A model generated the notes under the pieces. That model was given only the letters and a program-made list of their open reading frames with translations, was not told the origin of the DNA and made no database searches. From Azolla caroliniana (Eukaryota > Plantae > Polypodiophyta), in the NCBI GenBank assembly GCA_043228905.1, contig JBHGNT010000006.1, positions 806,001-870,000 on the forward strand: a stretch of DNA of 64,000 nt. The letters are read 5' to 3'. Of the stretch, positions 21,943 to 32,185 are shown one piece after another. Position 1 is the stretch's first letter, and each line of letters opens with the position of its first letter. A program made the translations under genes and the position numbers.

Positions 21943-22369
21943 CCCACACAAGTTCGCGCATGTGTTACTTTTAGTTGCATAAAGCTTTTATATAATAAAA
22001 AGTAGCAATCATCCATCATAGTGTAAACATAAATATATGAAATAATTACATTTTACAGCTCGAATATGTTGGCCTCATCCATAATGAATGTTTGAATCCT
22101 CATGATGTTATTTGCCTTACTTCACTATGTCGAAGCAATGAACGAGGAGATGTAGCCCACACAAGTTCACACACGTGTTACTTTTAGCTGCATAAAGCTT
22201 TTATATAATAAAAAGTAACAATTCATCCATCATAGTGTAAACATAAATATATGAAATAATTACATTTTACAGCTCGAATATGTTGGCCTCATCCATAATG
22301 AATGTTTGAATCCTCATGATGTTATTTGCCTTACTTCACTATGTCGAAGCAATGAACGAGGAGATGTAG
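21943..22369. repeat. ~213-bp tandem duplication
   Basis: CCCACACAAGTTC...GAACGAGGAGATGTAG occurs at 21943-22155 and 22157-22369. Confidence 0.9.
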
Positions 22370-23826
22370 GCACTATGCAAAAATGAGACATGGGATCTCG
22401 TCCCCCACTCACTGCACAAGAAAGCAAACAACTACAGATGGATATACAAAGTGAAGTATCATGCCGACGGTTCCGTCAACCGCTACAAAGCTCAACTCGT
22501 AGCAAAAGGATACGCACAAACACATGGAGTCGACTATGAAGAGACCTTTGCCCTGGTGGCAAAGAGGGCAACCATGCAGACCATGATAGAGCTTGTTGCA
22601 ACGAAATGGTGGCACCTCCATCAAATGGATGTCAAGAACGCCTTTCTTCAAGGAGAATTAGAAGAGGAGGTGTACATGGTACAACCACCCGGCTTCAAAT
22701 CCAACATTCATCCGAAAGCCGTCTGCCGACTCAAGAAGTCTCTCTACAGCCTTAAGCAAGCACCACGTGATTAACATTCGAAGATAACCCAATATCTTCA
22801 CTAAATCGGCTTTCGAATGTTGAAATCCGACAACTCCCTCTACACAAGAAGCGATTCGGGAAGTTCGATTGTCATCATTCTATGTGTGGATGATCTAGCC
22901 ATCCATATATGTCATCATTGGAGGTGAAAGTCTAGTCGACATCAACAAATTGAAGTCCCTCCTCTCTAGCAAATTCGAGATGACGGACATAAAGGAGCTC
23001 CATTACTTCCTTGGCATCTCGAGGTAATTCGGACTCCAACCAGCATTATGATCTCTCAACGACACTACAACCTTAACTTGTTATACAAGTTCGGAATGAC
23101 TGAGTGTAAACCAGTGACAACCCCTCTCAATCGAAATCTCAAACTTGATGCCGACTCCGGCACAAAAGAGTGCGAGCCGAATCAGTATCGACAATTGATC
23201 AGGAGCCTCATCTATCTCACGATCACTCGACCTGACCTTACCTACCCGGTCGGTCTCCTCAGCCAATTCATGCAAAAACCACGAGACATTCACTTGGATT
23301 ATGATACGTGAGCGGCACAATGGATTGTGGTATTCTCTACGAATTGGCCACACCAATTTGACTCAAAGGGTACACAGATGCCGACTGGGCTGGCTATAGA
23401 GCCGATCGACGATTGACCTCCGGATTTGTTTTCTCCCTCGACAGCCGAATGTTGCATTTTCAAACATGGAGGCCAAATACAAGGGTGCAGTCGTGGCTGC
23501 ATGTGAAGCCATATGGCTCAAGAGGATTTTGAAGGATATGGGCGTTCCCGTCACGGATCTGACTCCCCTTTACTACGACAACATGAGCAGTTACATTCAT
23601 CTAGCTCAGAACCATGTGTTCCACACACACACAAAGCATATCGAAGTGCATTATCACTTCATCCGAGAGCACGTTCAAGCAGGAGATGTCGACCTTCACC
23701 ACATTAGCACGTTGTCGCGTTGTTACACGCTTGCGTGTAGAAGGGGCGGGACCACAGGGGTCTCGGATGAGGGAGAAAAGGGATGCCAAGAAAACCGACA
23801 CCGAACACAACTCAGATGCAACCGAA

Positions 23827-23867
<41 letters not shown>

Positions 23868-23927
23868 AAGGAGAGGGAGAGCGTGCGCGTGACACCGACT
23901 CTTATGCACAAGAAGCAAAAGGGGTGG

Positions 23928-24013
23928 TGTCAGGATAAGTACTAAGACATAGAAGGAATTAGTACTATTAGTAGGTGAAGAACTCTCGAGAGAAGGAAAG
24001 AGTGAGTGAGAGG

Positions 24014-24063
<50 letters not shown>

Positions 24064-25645
24064 TGATAAGAAAAGATATATATTATGTGAAAAGAATGTA
24101 CAGTAGTAGCTAGGAGGCTTAAGACTGGCGCATTAGTGAGGCCGAACGGCATGACTGTATACTCGAAGTGCCCATATCTGGTGTGAAACGCAGTCTTTCA
24201 TTCATCTCCTGGTCGAATCCGTATGAGCTTATAGGCTCCCCTGTAAGTCGATCTTCGTGAAGAACCTGGCACCATTGATCCGTTCTAAAAGACTTGAGAT
24301 AAGGGGAAGTGCATACCTTTTTCTAATTGTCACCTTATTCAAGCCACGGTAATCTACAACGAGACGAACTGATCCATCCTTTTTCTTGACGAAGAAAATG
24401 GGTGCGCCGGCTGGAGATTTCAAATGCCGAATGAAACCATTTTCCAAATTCTCCTCTATATAAGCTCACAGGACTTCTAGCTCGGTTGGTGACAAATTGT
24501 AGATCGGTCCCCATGGTGGCTCTTTCCCCGGTTGTAAATCGATGGGGCAATCATACAGTCGATGGTGAGGAAGCGTATTGGCTTGTACTTTATCGAACAC
24601 ATCGGCATAATGATGATACTTCTTTGGAAGTTGAACGGTGGACTCCTCTTTAATGGTGTCTGAGGGCTTTACTAATATTGCGAAGAGAAACATTTCTCCC
24701 TTGCGTCCTTCTTCCCGCAACTGATGTAGCGAAATGGTTGCAATCTCATGAGTAGACCCTCGGGCTTTTCGATACCGGATTTCTCTTGTTCTCCAATCTA
24801 TGTCTGGGTTATGCAATTCGAACCATGGTAATCCTAAAACAATGGGGTGTTCTAGGATGCTAATTATATTAAATGATACTACACATGCTAGATTATCTAG
24901 GACAATATTAACGGGCTCTGACTTTTCTATGATATTTCCAGAAGCAATGGGATGACCATCAATGACTACTACAGAGGCACTTCGTCTCGTTATAGATTAT
25001 CGTGGCTTGAAGAAGGTGACAATCAGAAATAGGTATGCACTTCCCCTTATCTCAAGTCTTTTAGAACAGATCAATGGTGCCAGGTTCTTCACGAAGATCG
25101 ACTTATGGGGAGGGGAGCCTATAACCTCGTACGGATCCAACCAGGAGATGAATGGAAGACCGCGTTTCGCACCAGATATGGGTGCTTTGAGTATACAGTC
25201 ATGCCGTTCAGCCTCACTAATGCGCCAATCTTAAGCCTCCTAGCTACTACTGTACATTCTCTTCACATAATATATATCTTTTCTTATCATCACTCTCTCT
25301 CTCTCTCCCTCCCTCTCACTCACTCTTTCCTTCTCTTGAGAGTTCTTCACCTCTCTTAGTACTAAAATTTCTTTTAGTACTAATTCCTTCTCTGTCTTAG
25401 TACTATTCCTGACAGTTTGAACCGATTTGGTTCGAAATAATGCCTTGTGCCTCCTTTTATAGTGTTCTGAGGAATACTCCTGAAGTTTCTAGAATGTTCC
25501 AAAGAAATCTGAAATATACATCAACTTTCTATAGTAAAACATATATGAAAATAATATTCTATATATTACAATGAATGGTCTAATGGTTAAGAGCTCGACC
25601 CATGTAGCATAAGGTCATGGGTTCGAGTCTTGCCATATCATGACA
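23928..25645 (-). mobile_element. Rearranged chromovirus-type (Tcn1-like) Gypsy derivative with a long internal inverted repeat
   Basis: TGTCA...TGACA ends; TSD GGTGG (23923-23927, 25646-25650); protease IVLGLPWFELHNPDIDW; [33 protein letters not shown]; inverted arms 23928-24368 and 24981-25414. Confidence 0.85.
25576..25637 (+). promoter_or_regulatory. tRNA-like Pol III A-box/B-box cassette at the U3 end of the chromovirus LTR (antisense)
   Basis: TGGTCTAATGG at 25576 and GGTTCGAGTC at 25620, 44 nt apart. Confidence 0.62.
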
Positions 25646-26737
25646 GGTGGAAACACCCGACACTACTAGAGACACAGATGTGCATAACCAAACATATATA
25701 TATATATATATTACAATGGAAGAGATACAACCCCGACTTCGAGCCGAACCAAGGTAAGTTACAATAGAGACTGTCGTCGATCGGGGAGCTCACGGGCTTG
25801 TCGCACCGAGCGGGGTCTTGCATAGGAGACCCTAACCCTAAACAAACACGAACTCTCAACCCTCACAACGAGGAAGAAGAAGAAGAAACTAACCCTAAAT
25901 CTAACGGTATACCCTCTAACACAATATGGGTAACCCCTTCACAAAGGGCGCTCCCTTCTTTTTATAGAACAAGGAGAGGGATGTGTAACAATGTGAGATA
26001 AATCCCTTATTACATGGGATTCTCTGTCCCGACTTAACTCCTATTATTCACACGTTTTTACAAGGGTAAGTGCACATGGTGCACTCCGCTGATTCTTCCG
26101 ATATTCCCCGATTTCTCACTATGGTTCAAAATTTTCACGACAACGCATCTTCAAACAACTAACATCTTCACCAAAGTCTTAAGAGCTGACAAGCTTCGGC
26201 AATTCATGTCAGACCTTGGATTGACGATCCTTGACTTGCCAAGCTTGAGGGGGAGTATAAGAGAGAACCAAATACCATTTGAATTGGGTACCAACCGAAG
26301 CGGACACCGGATATCGTTCGAACCGGATACTAGCCGAAGCGAACATCAACCAAAAGGAACCGACCCAAGTTGAGCTTGAGGGGGTGTGTTGAGAATCAAG
26401 CTCAACCTAGCATTGTGTGTGAACACATCCTTTGAGAATCTATAAGCACTCAAAGGTCAAAAGTCACACAACTACTCTCTACACATTAACTATGTGCAAT
26501 AGAATCATATTTTATGACACATAACTAATGAGTCTTCACATTCCCCAAGAGAGAGTGGTTGTTGTAGTGGCGTTAATGAAGAGAGAGGGTGACCTTATAT
26601 AAAGCACTTGACACATATCCTCCTACTTCATAAGGTGTTGGTTGTCCTCCCTTGTAATGCTACATTTGTAATTGATATTCTCCTTGTTAATATACAATAT
26701 TATCTTCTTCTTGAGTACTTTATATTTCTCTCTTATC

Positions 26738-27445
26738 CAGGGCCTGAATTTGACGGGTTAGTATAAAAAAAAATTGACGAGCATTTTTTAAAGATGTATG
26801 TCATATGACACAAGAGTGCAAAAACTAACATGTCATTTGACATACAAATTTTAATAATGAAAGTTCTATATGATGCTTCATTGTTATACATTTCATTACT
26901 ATAGAAAATGCACAAATAAACATAACTACCTCACAAAGATAATGATATACAAAATAAGTATGAAAAAAAGGTTAGTAAAAATTTAGTTTTTAACTTAAAA
27001 TTTAAAACATTAAAATCAAACCTAGAGTTATACACTCTTAAAGTATGTATTTAATAAAGGTTATTGTTTAAAATTTCAATCAAATTTCCAACTAATATTA
27101 TTAGTAAAGAAATTAAGAATAAATATTTGAGAATATATACCATTATTATATGATAATGATATTATTTTAAGCGTGTTATAAAAAAAATTTATATAGTATT
27201 AATATATTATAATACACACACTTCATATCTATAATAAGTGACATATGTAAATGTATATAATATATATGACATGGAAAATGGAATTTTAACATGTCATTTG
27301 ACATGTATAATTTGTAGGGGCCTTTTGCATGAAAAATGGATATTTAAACTTTATATGTCACTTGACGGGCATTTTTATTATGTGTATGTTTTTGACAGGC
27401 AAAATGGCCTCCGACGGGCATGACACCCGTCAAATTCCTACCTTG
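26738..27445. mobile_element. Non-autonomous hAT element (MITE, 708 bp) inserted in the Copia LTR
   Basis: 8-bp TSD CTCTTATC (26730-26737, 27446-27453); imperfect TIRs CAGGGCCTGAATTTGACGGG / CAAGGTAGGAATTTGACGGG; subterminal TTGAC/TGTCA motifs; AT-rich core. Confidence 0.88.
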
Positions 27446-28249
27446 CTCTTATCTATCTTGTGTTTTCTCTTCTCTCCTCTCTTTCCTCCCACGCATACAC
27501 ATAACACACATCTCTTCCGCTACACAAAATTATACCCGATTCTTTACAGATGTAAACATGAAAATTTCTCTCCAATGGATCAAAGTATCCTTCACTTACG
27601 ACCTCAACAATGGGTTTTTTCTCAATATGTTCAAAATGGTTCAAATGACGAGATGGAGATATTGTTCCAATTTGTGCGTTGTCGGGGACTACAACACGAT
27701 TGGAATATGTGCAATGCTTTCATTTTTTATAGCAAACATGGGGGGACAAGTTATATGAAGAAGTTGAAAGGTATTCTTATGTGGAATTTCTAGATGTTAT
27801 AACATGTGGGGATCATTTCCTCAAATGCATATTCAGGTTTAATGGCATTACAAGATGTCTCTCTCCCTACATAGGATAGATAGGTAGAGGAGAATAAGAA
27901 GTGTCATAATTGTGGATTTTACATACAATTAATATAATTGTGTGCTTTTACCGAGAGAGAGAGAGAAAGAGAAAGACGGTAGTCAATTGAGCCATATTTG
28001 AGATGGTTGTATCCATAGAATGAACCATTCGTATCATACGTGCATTCGCATTCGCGAATGATTCAATTATACGTGTATGGTAAATCATCTTAACGTTAGA
28101 TTGGATACATAAGAATGGTATTGATTGAATCACATGTAATAGGTTTCAATACTTTAGAAATTATTAAAGTACTAAACATTAGAAAGAGAGAGAAAGAGGG
28201 GGACAGAGCAAGAGAGTGGCAAGTGTTATGAGCTAAAGCTTCAACTTCT

Positions 28250-28752
28250 ATGGCAGTATTCCCAAGACCATTCACTTCCTTCTCTTCGTCGTCCTCAGAT
28301 TCTTCATATTTTTCTGATCATCGCCATCATCATGATGACTCTGATTCTGATTTTGTTTTTGAGGATCACCATGGTCCATGACTATCATTCATATGATTAT
28401 GAGGATCACCATGACTATGATTCATCTGATTCTCGTCGACATGGTGGATCAAGCTTCTGTTCTTCTTGCTCATCATCACGGTGTTCTTGAGATTAATGTT
28501 GGCTCTGAGCATGTCCCTAGCTCTAAGGATCTCCTCCCTCATCCTCTCCACGATCATGAGCCACACCTAGTACCCAGAGCTCCCCATTGCTCCCCATGAA
28601 TTATACTGAGGAGGCTGAGATGTAGCAGAAACCATGGACCATTGCATCCATGGCCTGGCGGCAGAGTCATTGTAAAGAAGAATGCCATAACCATACCCGA
28701 AGACACAACAGAATCGTTGGAGAAATCATGGTCACCAAGATATGGCGGATGA
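28250..28752 (+). pseudogene. Possible degenerate S40 senescence-regulator-like gene
   Basis: Ser/Asp/His-rich start MAVFPRPF; pieced C-terminus APHE/IILRR...PGGRVIVKKNAI...TESLE resembles the S40 PPHE..RR..G.GR..RNA...TGFLE motif; stops and frameshifts present. Confidence 0.35.
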
Positions 28753-28812
28753 GTGGCGTTCTGATCATGAGTAGTAGAAGAAGATTCATAAGGAGGAGGA
28801 GAGAGAGAGAGA

Positions 28813-30996
28813 GATAGATAGATAGATTATATTATCGTCTTCGGAGATCAAATATGACCTATGAGACCAAAAATATTACATTTCACGTGATACGTGTGAA
28901 AGTGAGTAGTGACTCTCGATGTTCAAGAACTTTACCAATGAATGTTGCAATCGAGAGTGCACATTGTGGTTGTGAGAGGAATTCATGCAAAGATTGGGCT
29001 CGATCGAAGAGATGTGGAAAGCATGGTCGAATATGATCAAAGGCAGAGCATTGTATCAAAGTGTGATACTCAGACTCGCGAACTTGTTTAGGGCAAAGTG
29101 TGCATAGCCGACCACTCTCATCACTTGTACCCCAACGCCCTGTTTCACATCGCAATGCATGTGAGCTAAGTCGCATGGAAGCAATGGTTCGAATGGCAGA
29201 TAACGATATGGGCTCTAACGATGTGTACGATTTCCCCGTTCCGCAAAGAATATGGTTTTGTAGTTAGGTGCAACATGTGTAGTATAATGTGTGAAGCGTG
29301 AGCCTCCACATTTGTCCCATGTCATGATACATTGGCGTTGCAAAAATGCCTCATTTACAGAGGAATCTAATGATGCATCATGAAGCAAGTGTCTCGCATC
29401 CCATCTACCAAACCATTTTTCTATATCTTGCATCCAACCGGAACACAAAATTTTGCTTTTATGCGTCTTTTGGATCTTTTTGCTTGCTTCCCACGCAATT
29501 CTAGGAAGTCGATGTGAGGGACTTTTTTGAACCTTAAGCATGTATTCAACAACCCTTTCCATGGCCATGATCTCAATGGGAAGCGATCCCGTCTCAAGGA
29601 GGAGGAGGGTGTAGGGCGTTTGTTTCTTAACTTGTAGAAACTTGGTAAGAAAATGCTTTTGGACATTTTCAAACTCTTTCCACATAGACTTAGGGATGCT
29701 ACCGCCCCATACTTCCACCCCATAGAGAAGAACTGGTGTCACCAAAGTGTCAAAAAGATATTTCTTGAGGACCCAACACTTAATATCTCCAAGATTGCAT
29801 GTGTTCTCAAATGCATAGTATGCTCGTTTGCCCGCCTCTAAGCGGCGTGTAGCACATTCATTCCATCTATGATTTGAAGGAACTTCAAGGCCAAGATATT
29901 TGAAGCTTTCCACACATTCAAGTGGCTCATTGTTGTACATAATGCATGGTTTATCTCTTTTTTGGCTCTTCACAAGCATAATCTTTGTTTTAGAGCTATT
30001 GACACTTAATTTAGTATGCATGCAAAATTTTTCCAATGCCTTCATAAGCTTTTGTGCATCTCCTAAAGTATTTGCAAAAAGCACTACGTCATCTGCATAT
30101 AGCAAAAGCATAATCACAACATTCCCAATGGCAACTTCTTCAACACATTCTTCCTTTGCAAACTTGGTAACCATTTCTTCCAATTCATCAATGCATAGAC
30201 CAAATAGTGTTGGTGAGAGTGGGCATCCTTGCTTAACACCAATAGTGCTTTTGAAAAAATCTGAAAGTTTATCTTTCATGCGCACACAACATATAACCTT
30301 CTCATAAATTCGGGAAATTGCAAGCATATATTCACTTGGCACCTCAAGTTCTTCCATTCGCCTCCAAAGATGCTCACGAGGTACCATATCAAAAGCTTTC
30401 TTGAAGTCTACAAAGCAACAATATAAACCTTTACCTCTAAGGCGACTTTCCTCCATTAATACTCGGAGGGTGATAAGGTGATCAATGGTGCTATGGTGTT
30501 TCCGAAAGCCGGCTTGTCCATAAGCTCTCTTACCACTTTTTTCAGCCCATACACTTATCTTTGATTCCATTATACATCCAAATAGTTTTGCCATTAATGA
30601 GCCAACCATGATGGTTTGATAGTTGTTTACATTATTTATATCTCCACCTTTATGTAAAGGTTTGATCCAATTTGTAGTCCAATCGTACGGCATACCATGT
30701 TGCAGTGCATCATTAAACATATCGCTTATCCATATATGTGCTTCCTTTCCCGTCCATTTGAGCATTTCAGCCTTTATACATTGAAGATCGCTTGCCTTTT
30801 GAGAGGCCAATTTCTTAAGTCCTATGCATATATCTTCAATTGTAAAGAAGGAAGGCATATGTGAAAGAGAACCATAACACATCATCTTTCCGGCAAGAGA
30901 TAACTCATATAAATTCTTACAATGCATAGACAAGTCGTGAAGAGTTAAGTCACCATAACTCTCAACACGTTTTCCCTTTAGATTTCCCCTTTCCAC

Positions 30997-30999
<3 letters not shown>
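28813..30999 (-). mobile_element. 5'-truncated RTEX-like non-LTR retrotransposon
   Basis: RT QAGFR, FVDFKKAFD, GVKQGCPLSP, LLYADD, FKYLG; C-terminal RLSSHALRCETGR and CTLC...HTLIQC zinc finger; (ATCT)n 3' tail; (GA)n at both flanks. Confidence 0.92.
28883..30999 (-). CDS. LINE ORF2 fragment (RT plus zinc finger), one frameshift near 29220
   Basis: ORFs 29215-31137 and 28883-29176; the first ~46 codons of the track ORF are microsatellite read-through. Confidence 0.85.
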
Positions 31000-31046
<47 letters not shown>

Positions 31047-31797
31047 AAAAAAAAGTATAAAAAAAGTATAAAAAGTATAAAAAAGTATAAAAAAAAGGAA
31101 CACGTATTTTTCCGCTTTCCAACGTGTTCGTTTCCAAACGTATTCAAAGGTTTGAATGCTACCACGAACACGAATATTACGTTCTATGGTTGTATCAATT
31201 ACTCAAACAAAGCATGTATTGTCATTAATTCAATACATTGATGTCGCATGCACTTTAGGAGAGAATGATATATGGCATAACAAAGATGCATGAAAGTAAA
31301 GGTGCCTTATAGCTCATTATTGGATAAACTCACTAGGACAAAGAGTATAGAGAAAGCTTCAAATTACTAAATTAATAAGGTTGTTTTGTGGAGCTTAGAA
31401 GGTCATGTGTCCAAATCCTATATAGCATGAGAGAGGAAGGATTTAAACCTAGGGCCTTGTTTTCATATATTGATCACCTCCCATTGCTTAAGAATGCAAA
31501 ATGAAAGAGAGATGAGTTAACACATCTATAAAAATATCTATTAAATTTATAAGTTAACTTTATCAATGATGCATTATAAAATTAAAATTTGAATCACAAC
31601 AATTGATTTAAGTTTCAATTTTAAAACAGAAGAAAAAGGTTAGAGCTCGACACTTCCAAGACAAAGCAAAAACCGAAACCGAACAATTCATTGTTGCAGA
31701 GAGAGAGATTACTGATCCCTGAAGGGTAGTAATTGTTGTGTCTCGTCTTTATTATGCAAGGGATAGGTGCCGAGAAGAATCATGGTGGGAGGAAGGC

Positions 31798-31980
31798 GAA
31801 GCCAGGTGGATCTCTGAGGTCTATGCCAAGAGTAGTGGTGAATGTGTTGGTTGGGTTGTAGGGCCTTATGAGCGGACACACTGAAGAAGCCAGGTGGATC
31901 CCTGAGGTCTATGCCAAGAGTAGTGGTGAATGTGTTGGTTGTTGGGTTGTAGCCTGTAGGGCCTCATGAGCACGCACACA
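31798..31980. repeat. ~90-bp tandem duplication upstream of the TBL gene
   Basis: GAAGCCAGGTGGATC...GAGTAGTGGTGAATGTGTTGGTTG...GGGCC..ATGAGC occurs twice. Confidence 0.85.
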
Positions 31981-32185
31981 CACACACACACTAGATCCAT
32001 CTACTTATGTATATAGTATGTACTAAGTTACTACTAGTAAACTTAACACATGTATGTATGTATGTATGTATGTATGTATGTATGTATGTATGTACATTGT
32101 AAATAGTAAATAACATGGACATATGTTAATGTAATAGGATGAGAATGAAGGAATGAATGAATGAATGAATGGGAGTGAGTGATTG

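Larger units (their letters stand above)
23713..26142 (-). mobile_element. Solo LTR of the TGTCG..CGACA Gypsy group (23713-23927 plus 25651-26142), 4-bp TSD
   Basis: TGTCGCG start and TCACGACA end; flanks ACGT (23709-23712) and ACGC (26143-26146); (GA)n and 3' end resemble the LTR of element A. Confidence 0.8.
22335..27506 (+). mobile_element. 5'-truncated Ty1/Copia (RT-RNase H, PPT, 3' LTR) carrying three nested insertions
   Basis: [72 protein letters not shown]; resumes HIST|HLQTTNIFTK at 26143; PPT TTGAGGGGGTG; LTR 26387 to ~27506. Confidence 0.9.

Noticed and set aside
23928-25414. DNA transposon with 440-bp TIRs
   Set aside because: No TSD at 25415; the GGTGG TSD places the end at 25645, and the arms are retroelement RT/LTR sequence.
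31000-31137. ATG start of the 640-aa LINE ORF
   Set aside because: Read-through of flanking (CT)n and AAAAAAGTAT repeats beyond the 5' truncation point.
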